Assembly (NCBI GenBank): GCA_963745075.1
Contig: CAVUWV010000023.1
Coordinates: forward strand, 1 to 64,000
Direction of reading: 5' to 3'
Length of the DNA stretch: 64,000 nt
DNA from: Candidatus Hydrogenedentota bacterium
GTDB taxonomy: Bacteria > Hydrogenedentota > Hydrogenedentia > Hydrogenedentales > SLHB01
The position numbers and the translations under genes are program-made. A model generated the notes under the pieces. The model was given only the letters and a program-made list of their open reading frames with translations, ran no database searches and was not told the origin of the DNA. Shown piece after piece: positions 1 through 10,489 of the stretch; position 1 is the first letter of the stretch, and every line of letters starts with the position of its first letter.

Positions 1-427
1 CGAGATGACCCGTTCCCAGGAGTTTGCCGGTTTTGGCGTGCCATTTCGGGGTGAAATCGCAGATGACCGTCGTGCCGCCCATCCCGTTGGGCTCATCGCG
101 CGCCCGAGGGTCGCGTGTTCCACCGGCCCGGTCCACGTCTTGCCGAGGTCGTCCGTGCGCATTTCGTTCAGCGCGTAGAAAATGTCCGAGCCGCTGAGGA
201 GCAGCTTCTGCATGGTGATGACGACAATCGGCGTCTTGCCGGGGATGGTTCCCGCCCGCGGGTGGACCCAGCAGGTCTTGTGGTCGAACCCGGACATGAA
301 TGGTATCCAGTTGGATGTCGTAGTCGACGATCTGTCCGAATGCGCACGGCGCTGTGACCGCTGCAACGAAAAGAGTGCCAATGTACCTAAGTGAACAACG
401 TGAAAAGCGAGGACCGATTTGCGTCAT
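1..427 (-). CDS. Exo-alpha-sialidase/BNR-repeat family secreted protein, 5' part (runs off the window; frameshifted)
   Basis: Manual minus-strand translation: signal-like MTQIGPRFSRCSLRYIGTLFVAAVTAPCAFG, then after a frame change CWVHPRAGTIPGKTPIVVITMQKLLLSGSDIFYALNEMRTDDLGKTWTGP with an Asp-box (TDDLGKTW). Confidence 0.65.
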   Translation of the reverse strand, partial: MTQIGPRFSRCSLRYIGTLFVAAVTAPCAFGQIVDYDIQLDTIHVRVRPQDLLGPPAGGNHPRQDADCRHHHAEAAPQRLGHFLRAERNAHGRPRQDVDRAGGTRDPRARDEPNGMGGTTVICDFTPKWHAKTGKLLGTGHL

Positions 428-680
428 GGGGCCGGGTGCCTCCTGTCATACATTGCATGTGACCGGACGTTTCCGCGTATTGTTGCAGGATTCGGTCGTG
501 GTCGCAAGACGCTGTTTCGCGACACAGGACTACGCAATTTGGCAAACTGGCCAGTACTTCCGTAAAGTACTGTTGCTATGCACCAGGAAGAGAATCGGAT
601 CGTGTGTCAGGGCGTGGACGTCGTCGAATCGTATCGCGACTACACACCGCGCCGTTCTTACACGCCGTACATTATGCAAT

Positions 681-1145
681 ATGCTCGCGTGCGTACCCAA
701 GCAGTATCTCGTCGGTCTGGACCAGGTAGTGTTGACCGATGCTGAGGGCCAGCCGCGCCGCGAGCGGCGCAAGAAAACATACAGCCGTAAGCGAAAGGTC
801 TCGCTCATCAAGTCACTGGGATTCTACCGACACGCTCGACATGACAGCCGTGCGTATATTCAACTTTACATTGACTGTATCTATCCGAGCGGACGCCCCG
901 AGCCGAACTGGTACGAGCGAGCAATCGCGCCTTTGCTTCGCCCTGCGTTTGTTCGCGTGCGACTCGCATTCGTGCTTTACCACGAAATAGGACATCACAT
1001 CCACGCGGAGCAGTGCCCGGAGCATCGAGAAAAAGAAAACGTGGCAGATATGTACATGTGGCGGCTCATGAAGCATTTGCTGCTGAGGCGATGTTACTTG
1101 GTGATTCCAGCAGTCTTGGGTATGATGATACTTCCGAGTTTCTGA
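681..1145 (+). CDS. Hypothetical protein with HExxH zinc-metallopeptidase-like motif
   Basis: ORF 354..1145 contains LYHEIGHH followed by E..AD; start uncertain because 354 overlaps the upstream gene. Confidence 0.45.
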   Translation: MLACVPKQYLVGLDQVVLTDAEGQPRRERRKKTYSRKRKVSLIKSLGFYRHARHDSRAYIQLYIDCIYPSGRPEPNWYERAIAPLLRPAFVRVRLAFVLYHEIGHHIHAEQCPEHREKENVADMYMWRLMKHLLLRRCYLVIPAVLGMMILPSF

Positions 1146-1318
1146 GCATGATCGCTCGGGCGGTTGTCGAGATTCTGCTTCCGGCAAGTGAGGATCATCA
1201 AATGCAGGACTCTGCATAACGGGAACTCGCAGGCGCAAGTTCTATTTAGAAGCGGACTATGGCAAGCTGTTGGGTATGGATTCCGTATGACCGGCCCAAA
1301 CCTTGCGAGAGGTAATCA

Positions 1319-2457
1319 GTGAAGACAAGAACCACATTCACACGCCGTCAATTCGGGGCAATCGCTGCGGGCAGCGCGCTCGCCGCTTTCGGACCAACGG
1401 CGCGGGCCGCGCAGAATGAAGCCGTCCCCGCGCATTTGCGTGGGTACGAAGAGCAGCCCGAAAAGAATCCGCGCGCCGCGTCCCTTGCGTGGTTTCAGAA
1501 CGCAAAATTTGGCCTCTTCATGCACTATGGCGTGTACAGCATTCTCGGGCATGGCGAATGGGTGATGCTGCGTGAAAAGATCCCGGTCGCGGAATACGCG
1601 AAGTTGAAGGATCGGTTCACGGCCGAACACTTCGATGCGGATTTCATTACAGACCTCGCTATCGACGCGGGTATGAAGTATGTGAACATTACGTCGCAGG
1701 CATCACGGACGGCTCCTTTGTTGTTTTCCAGACGAAAACGATTTTGAGCGTCAATTCACCGGCGAAACGCGATCTCGTGGAAGAACTGGCGGAAGCATGC
1801 CGGCGCAAGAAGCTCGGGTTGTTCCTTTACTGTACGTACGCACTCGACTGGAAACATCCCTATTTCTACTCGCGCGAAGCGGGCTGGACCAATGCCCGGC
1901 CCGCGTATGACGATCCGGAGCCCACGTACAAATTCGAGAAGGACGCGGATTTTCAGCATTACATCGACTTCGTCCACGCTCAGTTGCGTGAGTTGCTCAC
2001 GCAATACGGGCCGCTGGCCGGTATATGGCTGGATCCCATCATGGGGTACTACTCGCGACCCGACCTGTTCCCGATCGACGAGACGTACGCGCTGATCGGT
2101 CCCTACAACCCCAGTGCCTTATTTCGTTCAAACAAGGCGCGAACGGCGACGAAGATTTCGTTGCGCCGGAACGTAAAGCGGGCGGCTTGGCGAAAGGGGG
2201 CGACGTGGCAGCGCGCGTGTGGGAAATCAACAAAGACAAACCAAAAGAGATCTGCGACACGCTGCAACCCCGCGCCTGGGGTTATGACGAACGAACCAAT
2301 GGCGAACACCGCACGGCAGATGATGTGATGAATGTGCGGCGACGCGCGGACAATCCATGCAAACTTGCTGCTGAATAGCGGCCCCTTGCCCGATGGCTCG
2401 ATCCACCCCGACGACGTAGCGACGCTGCGCGAGGTAGGCAAACGGCTGCGGGCGTAA
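1319..2457 (+). CDS. Alpha-L-fucosidase (GH29), Tat-exported, frameshifted
   Basis: TRRQF Tat signal, WFQNAKFGLFMHYG, AGMKYV, ELLTQYGPLAGIWLD and LLLNSGPLPDGSI spread over three or more frames; stop at 2457. Confidence 0.85.
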
Positions 2458-2478
2458 TCGCCGTCCTGCGTGAATCGG

Positions 2479-2934
2479 TCATCGTCTCTGAGCCAGCAAT
2501 TCTCCAAATCGCTCCTCCGCCCACGCGCGCTGTGTCCGGTCGGCACAGTAGGTATCCCAGTAATCGGTGAGTCTCGGCAGGAGGGCGCTGATGCCGCCGA
2601 GATCGGATCGATACCGTTCGTCCTCGAGGAAATCATTTGCCAACCAGAAACACGCTTCCTCGGTATTCCGTGTGGCCCCATCGACATTCCCCGCGTGGAT
2701 TTGGTCCAACGCGTCGAGGGTGTTGACAAGCGGGGCTGTCTGGTGGCTTACCGCCGTATTGTAGCCCCGCTGATAGCCTATGCTGGAGAACAAGAGACAC
2801 GCGGCGACCACAGCAACAAACGTCACAATCACGCCGTATGCCCGCTTCAACCAGTGAGGGGCTTTCAAGTAGATGAGTAGACTAAGCGCTGCGACCGCGA
2901 CAATAGAGACAGGGACCAAGATAAATGCATTCAT
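2479..2934 (-). CDS. Hypothetical membrane-anchored protein (2 N-terminal TM helices)
   Basis: ORF with hydrophobic segments; AGGAGG RBS just upstream of ATG 2934. Confidence 0.6.
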   Translation of the reverse strand: MNAFILVPVSIVAVAALSLLIYLKAPHWLKRAYGVIVTFVAVVAACLLFSSIGYQRGYNTAVSHQTAPLVNTLDALDQIHAGNVDGATRNTEEACFWLANDFLEDERYRSDLGGISALLPRLTDYWDTYCADRTQRAWAEERFGELLAQRR

Positions 2935-3087
2935 GGATGGACGTCCTCCTTTCAAGTAATGACACATTGCCCATGCAGCGACACGGCCCGGTTGCTATGC
3001 CGCCCGATTTCGGATGCCTTCGACACTTCACATCGCTTCGTAGATGTGGAGAACGATTTGCTCTGTCGTGGCGCACAGAGATAATAG

Positions 3088-3258
3088 TCACCTGACTTTG
3101 GTCCTCCCCATCCACCAAAACCCACCCAAGAACAGTACTACCACGGTGACAACGGTGGCCGCATTAACGAGAACGTCCGTGTAGCCAAAAGCACGTGCTA
3201 ACACTCCAACAACCACACCCACCAATAAGGCGACGACCAGCTTGATTCGTGCATTCAT
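3088..3258 (-). CDS. Small hypothetical 2-TM membrane protein
   Basis: Two hydrophobic helices; co-oriented with its neighbours. Confidence 0.45.
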   Translation of the reverse strand: MNARIKLVVALLVGVVVGVLARAFGYTDVLVNAATVVTVVVLFLGGFWWMGRTKVR

Positions 3259-3292
3259 TGGGACAGCCTTTCGTTTTGTTCCTATCAATCGA

Positions 3293-3520
3293 CTACGTGT
3301 CGGTCCGTGCCTTTTCTAAGGTGTCAACGCGTTGCTCCAACAAAGAAAGACGCCTATGCAGAGGAGGAATGATAAAGCACGCGATGTACCCGCCTACCAC
3401 CATGGCAATGCCGAGGCCGCCAAGTGGATAATCCGTCTTCGGGAGAACTCCGAAGCGGCTCAGAGCGCCACCGATCAGGGAAGCAATGCCAAAAACTAAC
3501 GCAATTCGTCCTAAGTTCAT
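3293..3520 (-). CDS. Small hypothetical 2-TM protein with C-terminal coiled coil
   Basis: Two hydrophobic helices followed by RRLSLLEQRVDTLEK. Confidence 0.5.
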   Translation of the reverse strand: MNLGRIALVFGIASLIGGALSRFGVLPKTDYPLGGLGIAMVVGGYIACFIIPPLHRRLSLLEQRVDTLEKARTDT

Positions 3521-3847
3521 GGGTACCGTGTAGGCACGCGACGTGTCGCCACTCGATGAATGTATTTGGGGTGCCATTCGTGATTTCTCCTATCACCACT
3601 TCATGACGCCAGTGCCTTTGAGCGGCACAGTGTTACGCCTTGGTGGATCCAAACCGCGCCAAGACGGACCTTGCAATTAGAAACGAGTCTATCGCATGGC
3701 TTGAGGTCCGGTAAAGACGCAAGTTGGGCATTCTTAGCTTTGAATCGTCGAGGCGAGCTCTTCATACCGTTACCTGCGCAGAACCCTGTGTCGACAAACG
3801 TCTCGAGCGGGAAGACACACTTGGCTCCCGTTCCACGTCGGACGACA

Positions 3848-5594
3848 TCAGCGTACCGGCATGAGTGCTATCTCGCCGCTTTGCACGGTCACATTGATGG
3901 TCGCCCCGCTCGGTACGTCGCCTGCGTCAATCATGTCGTAGGCCGGCCTTACGACATGGCTTTCGAGCAAGGCCGGAAGTTCATCGGCGCCCTTGTCGGC
4001 GGTGTATCCTTTCTTCATGAGGACTTCATAGGCTTGTTCCTGCACGCGTAATCCGATCTGGCGCGGCTTCAACGCACGATGAAGCTCTTCCAATCCGCGA
4101 CGGATTATCAAACGCGCATCATCTTGTTCGAGCGCTTTGAACGGCACGACTGCGTCGAACCGCTTAATAACCTCGTTGGGAATCCTTCCGGACAACAGAC
4201 CGTTCAATTCCTCCACAACGCAGCTTTTGCCCGGCTCCAACGGTGGTGTGTTAAGCGTGAGCATGAATAGGACGTTCCCGAAAATCGACCTTATGGCCGC
4301 TGGCGTCCTGGAGCGAACCGGTCATCAGGATGGGGAGCAACGCCTGGAAGAAGCTTTCATGGGTGTGTTCGATACCTTCGAAAGCGATGGTGGCGAAAGG
4401 CGCATTTCGTGCCGCCGCCAATTCTCCCGTCGCTGCGTTGCCCTCATGTTGGGAAGTAACGCCAAACATCCGGGAAACAGATTTCGGGTCCGTGTAGTCA
4501 CTCATCTTGAATACCGTCAGGTCATCGTCCGAGCCAGTCAATTGATACTGCAGCGACCGGACCGTGTGCGCCTTGCCAACACCACAGGGTCCGCCAAGCA
4601 ACATGATGCCCCCTGGCCGGCCCGATCGACCAAAACACATTCGGACATCGGCCATCGCGGTTGCGATGCGATCGATCGCGGCATTTTGGCCGATGACGTA
4701 ATGCATGAGCCGTTTCGCGAAAGCTTCTCTTTCCATTCCTTGGCCTGGTCCGCATCAATGTCGACGGCGGTAATCTCCATGATGACCCGCTTGATATCGT
4801 GCGAGCCGACCCCCCGGCCCAAGCGTCTCATGGACACCGAATCGACCATGTTCGGATAGTCGTCTTTGGCCTTGGTCTTCAGTTTGTAGCGGGCGCACGC
4901 CTGATCGAGGACATCGACGGCCTTTCCGGGCAGGTAAAGATCGGGCATGTACTCCTGGGACATCTTGACGGCGTCTTCCAAAGCATCGTCACCGATCTCG
5001 ATACCGTAGTGCCCTTCCAGATAGGAGACGAACCGTTTCGAGGACTTCCAAAGCGGCACGGTTCGTCATCGGGGTTCAAGCCGGATAACTTCATAACTCG
5101 GGAGTTCGGCAGACACCGTCATCGTATTCTTCCGGCGTAAGTGTGCCGATGGAGACGATCTCACTATTCTTAATAGCCGCCGCCAACATTTCCGGCACCT
5201 TCGTTCTGACCTTCCTCCAACGCCAAAAGCGAATACATGCCGTCGACGAATAAGGTCATCTCGCGATTGGCCTTGAGGAACTTGATAAGTGAACTGACCA
5301 CGTCTTCGGTGCCCTTCGTGGTGGATAGCAACGCACCCAGGTTGAGTTCGAGCACATGGCACTCGGGCGAAGCACTTTCTTCCCGTCGCTTCATCCCGGC
5401 GACTGCAACACTATGTGCCAACTTCGTCTTTCCGACACCGTGATGGCCAAACAATAAGAACTCCTTTCCGGTCCTTGCGAGACAATTGCTGCAGGATCTT
5501 AAAGACCAACTTGTCCATTGCATGCGCAGGATCCCAATTCGCCTTTCTCGGCAGCGTGCCCGAGGTCGTATGTAATGGTGCTGAGTTTCAGCAT
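3848..5594 (-). CDS. ClpA/ClpB-like two-ring AAA+ protein lacking N and M domains, with degenerate catalytic motifs; frameshifted
   Basis: GGAGGA RBS plus ATG 5594 (MLKLSTITYDLGHAAEKGEL); GHHGVGKT; LPGKAVDVLDQACAR; VIGQNAAI; GPCGVGKA; LQDASGHKVDF; ClpB D2-small-like C-terminus. Confidence 0.85.
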
Positions 5595-5696
5595 TGGCTC
5601 TTCCTCCGCGTTCGGATTGCGATCTCTCTTCGCACTATCTCGGACGGTTCAATAAGTGTACCTCTGCGAGCAACTCTCTACGCTGGCTGCCACAGG

Positions 5697-8600
5697 TTAT
5701 TTCGCGACCAGATAGGTTCCGGCGAAACGGTCCTGGAAGCTACGTTCCCGCACGACAGCCGCGACAATCCCGTATAGGAACAGGATTGCGATTCCCGCAA
5801 AAGCGACCTTTCCGATGCCTCGGTGCGCGATTGGCAAAACGGTGAATAACATGACCACCCATCCATACACGGGAGCCCACGTGACAAGTCCTCGCCAGAG
5901 ACACCGCACCCGCGAAGCGCGGACACCGTGGCGCGTTACAACCCGGATACCAAACACGGTGAACAGAAAACCTCCACGAAACGCAAAGGCAGAAACAGGC
6001 GCCGTAACGCACAGCCACATCAAGACACCTACGGTCAATCCAAAGAGCACGATATTTCCATGTGAGGCAATGTGTGACCTTGTACCGGAGGCATGTTCCT
6101 GGGATGCCGCCTCCCGAAGCGCACGGGCCCGCTGCTCTCCCGCGGCAACCATATCATCGGAATGGTCGGGATGCGTGGAAACGATGCGCTCAGCGCGCTT
6201 CAACGCGGCTTGCTCAACGATCATTTGGCTGCGGAACATCGGGTCTGAAATCATATCCCCAAACCGCGAGGCAAAGTACGCCTCTAATTCCTTTTCTTCC
6301 TCAACGGCGTCTTGATCGCCGGAAGCTGCCGCCGTCTCAATTTCGTCCAAGCGCCCCAGCACTCGCATCGCCTCTTCCGTTGGGTACTTCTTATTCAGTT
6401 GGGACGTAAACACGGTGGCGTATCCAGCCGAAATGGCTAGAAGCATGAAGGGAAACTGGAAGCACGCCATGTGTCCTAGACGCTTCATACGCGACACTGT
6501 CGCCACGTCGTTGATATGAAACTTCAAGGTTTCTAACGCCGCGTTGACATCGCGATAACCTCGCTTGTCGAGCGTCCGGAGGAAGTCGCACGCGTGTAGT
6601 GGGAGTCGCCATTCCGGGCGGACGATGAATGGATCGTTGCGCGCCAAAAGACGACCTTCAAGCGCCGAAACTGCGACGTCAAGCAAGAAGCCTTGGATTG
6701 ATTCGTGGTTCACCTCAGAGTCACGGAGACACGTCGACGCCGATTGTGATTCGGCGAGCCCGGGTGCCGGAAAATCCAGCAGTTTGGCCCGATCACCTTC
6801 GGTAATCCACACACGATTCATGTCGATGGCGGGTGGCAGCGTACCGTCAGCCAACGAGGCGTCCAGTTCTTCGGCAAGATCCAGTAACCAGCCGCGCACT
6901 ATGCTCCACGACTGGGAATCGGCGATCCGCTCGAGAAGTGGTTTGCCCGTCGGGGCCTCGTATGCGTCCCAGCACAACTCGCCAGCGCGCTCGCCGTTTA
7001 GCCAGTGTGGCCGGCCCGGGCGGCTCACGTCGCGCCGTGCGGACGTGACCGGCGCCGTACCCGCGGGGAGTAGGTGCAACCAGACTTTCCGGCGAAGTAT
7101 TGGATCATGACCTTGCACGACGGCCGGTAGCTCATGCGGCGCTGGAAGCGAACTCGACAGGCTGTACGGCCCGATACTCGCGACTGCGGGTGTCGAGGGC
7201 ACCGTCATCCCGGCATAAGGCTCGACGCGGCGAGCGGAAGCGGCGCGTTTCACGACGACCCTCGTCCCTGAAAGCAAACCATGAATGGCCGCATAGCGGT
7301 TGGTATGCCTCATGGTCGAAAATAGCAGCAATGTGCAGACGGGGCCGATCAGCGCGGGGGCAATATACATGCCGGGCGAATCGCTCAGGGCAAGGGCTGA
7401 CATCGCGAGAAGCAGAGTGGCAAGAGCCGGAATGAATTTGAAAACGGTTGCACGGATAAGGGCTTTCTTAAAACCAGGGACCCTTTGCTTGCGGTCGACC
7501 GTTCGAAGTCGTAGAGCCGCTTTGCCAATGGATGCGCCCCATAGGCCCTCGGAAACTGAATAGTACAGAATGAGCACCACATTGACTACAAGCACATTAA
7601 GCGTATTGCTAACGAAGTACGATCCCGCGGTGTAGCCAACATCCTCCCGCGAATACACAAAGGCGCCCATCAGCAGGTTTATGGGCCAGGAAAGGAATGT
7701 CACCAACAGAATATGGTCGACGATACCTGCCATGAATCGTTTTCCGAGAGGCGCAGGGGCGGGAACGGTCGAGCAATAGGGGAGAAGTGCCTTGCGTAAG
7801 TCCGCGTAATTTGAAAAACGCTGTCCCGGCTCCTTCTCCAAACAACGCATGATTACCTGCGAAAGACCGGCCGGAATCTGTGAACGAAGCTTCTTCGGCG
7901 GATCCGCCTGACGGTCTAAAATCAGAGCAACCAGGTTCACCATGTTGTCGGAATCGAATGGCACCTTTCCGGTGAGTAGGTAGTACAGCGTTCCCCCGAG
8001 AGAATAGATGTCGGATCGAACGTCCAGGTCTTCACCGCGCAATTGTTCGGGTGACGCGTAGACCGGTGTTCCAACGAAGGAACCGCTTTTGGTCAATTGG
8101 GTTTGCTCTTTCAGAATGGTCGTGATTGAGAGTCCGAAGTCGCCAATTTTGACTTGGCCCTGCGTATCGACAAAACAGTTGGAGGGCTTGATGTCGCGGT
8201 GGAGGATGCCGGCGGCCTCAGCGGCTTCCAAACCGGCGATGAGCTGAAGGACCGCGTCCACAGCTTCCTCGACCGGGATTGGGCCATCCCGTTTCACTCG
8301 CTCGTGGAGGGTGCCTCCGTGGGCCAGTTCCATGGAGATTACGGGGGCGCCTTCAATTTCTTCCGTCCCGTACACATAGACGCAATTCGGATGACTGACG
8401 GAAGCCGCCACGCGCCCTTCACGTAGGAAACGCTTTTTGTCGACCTCCGACGCGCATGCTTCGTTTAAGACTTTGACGGCCAAGCGCCGCCCGTTCTCGA
8501 CGTGCTCGACCTCATATACCTGCCCCATGCCCCCCCGACCCAGGAGCCGGTGTACGCGATACGGTCCGAACATCTGTCCTGGAACCATTGGTGCCTGGGT

Positions 8601-8777
8601 AGGACGGAGCGCGCGAAATCCGGCCTCTGGCGGAGTGGAAGCGGATTCAAAGGTTTCGGCGGACAACTCCGACTCAGTGTCCAGGCCCTGCCGCATAAGG
8701 CATTGAGGGCATGGCCCTTGGGGTGCATGGTCCGGGTACTTGGCCCCACACCTTGGACAGCGTTCCACGTCGTTCAT
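5697..8777 (-). CDS. Membrane Ser/Thr protein kinase: Zn ribbon + kinase + RDD + kinase-like remnant + RDD-like
   Basis: CPRC..CPQC; GRGGMG, AVK, HRDIKPSN, DFG, GTPVYASPEQ; RDD motifs APLGKRFMAGIVD, SIGK and HGLLSGTRVV; C-terminal QDRFAGTYLV. Confidence 0.92.
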   Translation of the reverse strand: MNDVERCPRCGAKYPDHAPQGPCPQCLMRQGLDTESELSAETFESASTPPEAGFRALRPTQAPMVPGQMFGPYRVHRLLGRGGMGQVYEVEHVENGRRLAVKVLNEACASEVDKKRFLREGRVAASVSHPNCVYVYGTEEIEGAPVISMELAHGGTLHERVKRDGPIPVEEAVDAVLQLIAGLEAAEAAGILHRDIKPSNCFVDTQGQVKIGDFGLSITTILKEQTQLTKSGSFVGTPVYASPEQLRGEDLDVRSDIYSLGGTLYYLLTGKVPFDSDNMVNLVALILDRQADPPKKLRSQIPAGLSQVIMRCLEKEPGQRFSNYADLRKALLPYCSTVPAPAPLGKRFMAGIVDHILLVTFLSWPINLLMGAFVYSREDVGYTAGSYFVSNTLNVLVVNVVLILYYSVSEGLWGASIGKAALRLRTVDRKQRVPGFKKALIRATVFKFIPALATLLLAMSALALSDSPGMYIAPALIGPVCTLLLFSTMRHTNRYAAIHGLLSGTRVVVKRAASARRVEPYAGMTVPSTPAVASIGPYSLSSSLPAPHELPAVVQGHDPILRRKVWLHLLPAGTAPVTSARRDVSRPGRPHWLNGERAGELCWDAYEAPTGKPLLERIADSQSWSIVRGWLLDLAEELDASLADGTLPPAIDMNRVWITEGDRAKLLDFPAPGLAESQSASTCLRDSEVNHESIQGFLLDVAVSALEGRLLARNDPFIVRPEWRLPLHACDFLRTLDKRGYRDVNAALETLKFHINDVATVSRMKRLGHMACFQFPFMLLAISAGYATVFTSQLNKKYPTEEAMRVLGRLDEIETAAASGDQDAVEEEKELEAYFASRFGDMISDPMFRSQMIVEQAALKRAERIVSTHPDHSDDMVAAGEQRARALREAASQEHASGTRSHIASHGNIVLFGLTVGVLMWLCVTAPVSAFAFRGGFLFTVFGIRVVTRHGVRASRVRCLWRGLVTWAPVYGWVVMLFTVLPIAHRGIGKVAFAGIAILFLYGIVAAVVRERSFQDRFAGTYLVAK

Positions 8778-8877
8778 GACGGCGACTCCTCGTTCTGGCT
8801 TCGTCTCTAATCCGTACTAAAGAAACCATCCGGAAAGGTTACGCGTCCGAAGGCTGTATGGTGTTCCGACCTTCCGT

Positions 8878-9615
8878 TCAGTCCGCGAGGGCGGCGAGTA
8901 ACTGTTGAATCTCCTCTTCAATCTGGTCTTCTGTTACGACGGTTTGCGCAATCTCCTCGCGCAAGACATGGCGATATCGCTTTCGCAGCCGATGCACCGC
9001 AACCTTTACAGCGCCTTCGGTCATTTTCAATTCGTTGGCCACTTCTCGGTACGGAACAGAGTCTTTCTCCGCCGTCAAATACGCTTGAAGTAGCTCGAAT
9101 TGCCTCGTGTTTCCTGTCGCGGTGGCCTCTGCAGCGAGCCTTTCCATTACCGTGTCCAACACAGCCAAAGCCCACGACCGATCGAATGCCCTGTCAGGCG
9201 TCAGTCGTTCAGGGGCTCTCAGACCGTAGTGGCGTTCCGCGTCCGCGAAATCCAGGGGTAGAGGATGTTGTCCACCACCGCGTTTTTGCGCTTGCGCACG
9301 GTCGTATTCATTGGCCACGAAGTTTTTCAGGACCGTCAGCAAAAACGCCCTGAACTTCCCGCATTCCCGATCGGCCTTGTTCAACGTACCCTTTTCCAGC
9401 ATCCATGCGAAGCAGGCTTGCACGTGGTCTTCGGAATCTTGTGGAGTGAACCCACGGCGACGAAGGTAGGCGTAGAGGGGGAACCAATACCGTCTACAGA
9501 GTTCCGCCAACGCCTCGCGGTAGTCCGGTGACGACAGGTGCCCCGCGGCAAGCACCATGCTCCATTGCGTGGTGGCGAACCCGTTGCGCTCGAAGTTATC
9601 CTGTCTTGAATCCAT
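8878..9615 (-). CDS. ECF sigma factor of the kinase-associated PVC type
   Basis: FATTQWSMV, ALAELCRRYWFPLYAYLRRRG, DSEDHVQ, region 4 MTEGAVKVAVHRLRKRY; lies directly upstream of the kinase. Confidence 0.9.
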   Translation of the reverse strand: MDSRQDNFERNGFATTQWSMVLAAGHLSSPDYREALAELCRRYWFPLYAYLRRRGFTPQDSEDHVQACFAWMLEKGTLNKADRECGKFRAFLLTVLKNFVANEYDRAQAQKRGGGQHPLPLDFADAERHYGLRAPERLTPDRAFDRSWALAVLDTVMERLAAEATATGNTRQFELLQAYLTAEKDSVPYREVANELKMTEGAVKVAVHRLRKRYRHVLREEIAQTVVTEDQIEEEIQQLLAALAD

Positions 9616-9907
9616 CGTGTACCCACGGATACCCAGATTCCAAGAAGCCTGCACACGAACAATTACCCGTTTGCACGGCACAAGTCAAAACGCGACAAGC
9701 GGGAGTGCGATGGGAGGTACGATGATGGGGCGCATACCGCCGAGCTTCCTGGCAGCTAGACTGTTATTGACGATCATGGACGTGCTTTGGGCTTGGAATG
9801 CGCGGAGTCATGACGCATCGGGAATTAAAGACATCATACCGGGTTCGGCACGAATGAACTTCTCGTACTTCGTGACCCCGAGCGCAACCACTGGCGTTGA
9901 GTAGAGG

Positions 9908-10468
9908 ATGAAGCAGTTCGATTCTGAAATGGACCCCGGTCGCTGGGTCGACGCCTATGGCGACGACCTGTACCGGTTTGCCTTGGCGCGTTTGCGCAAT
10001 GCGGCCCAAGCTGAGGACGCCGTGCAGGAGACGCTCTTGGCTGCGTTGAAGGCCAGAGACGGGTTTGCCGGCAAGTCGACGGTACGCACTTGGCTATTCT
10101 CGATTCTTAAACACAAGATCATCGATCAGATCCGGCGGGACTGCAAAGAAGACGCGGTCCGCGCCACAGCCGAACGGACCGCCCTGGACGATCTGTTCGA
10201 GAAAGGCGGGCATTACAAGGCCTCGCCCCAACCGTGGAGGACCGATCCGCGAACGTCCGCCGAGCGGCGGGAATTCTGGCAGCATCTGGAGGATTGTCTG
10301 TCGAAAGGCCAAAAGCGATTGGCCCAGATTTTCTCGTTGCGCGAGCTGGATGGCCTGGACCGGGATGAAATCTGTAAGATTATGGAGATTTCTCCGTCCA
10401 ATTATTGGGTCATGCTACATCGCGCGCGGTTGGCGCTTCGTGCCTGCCTCGAGCGCAACTGGGGATAA
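9908..10468 (+). CDS. ECF RNA polymerase sigma factor (TIGR02943-like)
   Basis: LYRFALARLRN, AEDAVQETLLAAL, TWLFSILKHKIID, EICKIMEISPSNYWVMLHRAR. Confidence 0.92.
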   Translation: MKQFDSEMDPGRWVDAYGDDLYRFALARLRNAAQAEDAVQETLLAALKARDGFAGKSTVRTWLFSILKHKIIDQIRRDCKEDAVRATAERTALDDLFEKGGHYKASPQPWRTDPRTSAERREFWQHLEDCLSKGQKRLAQIFSLRELDGLDRDEICKIMEISPSNYWVMLHRARLALRACLERNWG

Positions 10469-10489
10469 ATCGAGCCTGGGATTGCTATC

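Noticed and set aside
1214..1245. attC-like GCATAAC...GTTCTAT after the HExxH gene, with the small ORFs at 2479-3520 as integron cassettes
   Set aside because: Too short, no L-box pairing, no repeated attC sites and no integrase
3848..5594. ClpV/T6SS or anti-phage ATPase assignment
   Set aside because: No N-domain, no T6SS or defence genes nearby, and the catalytic motifs are degenerate
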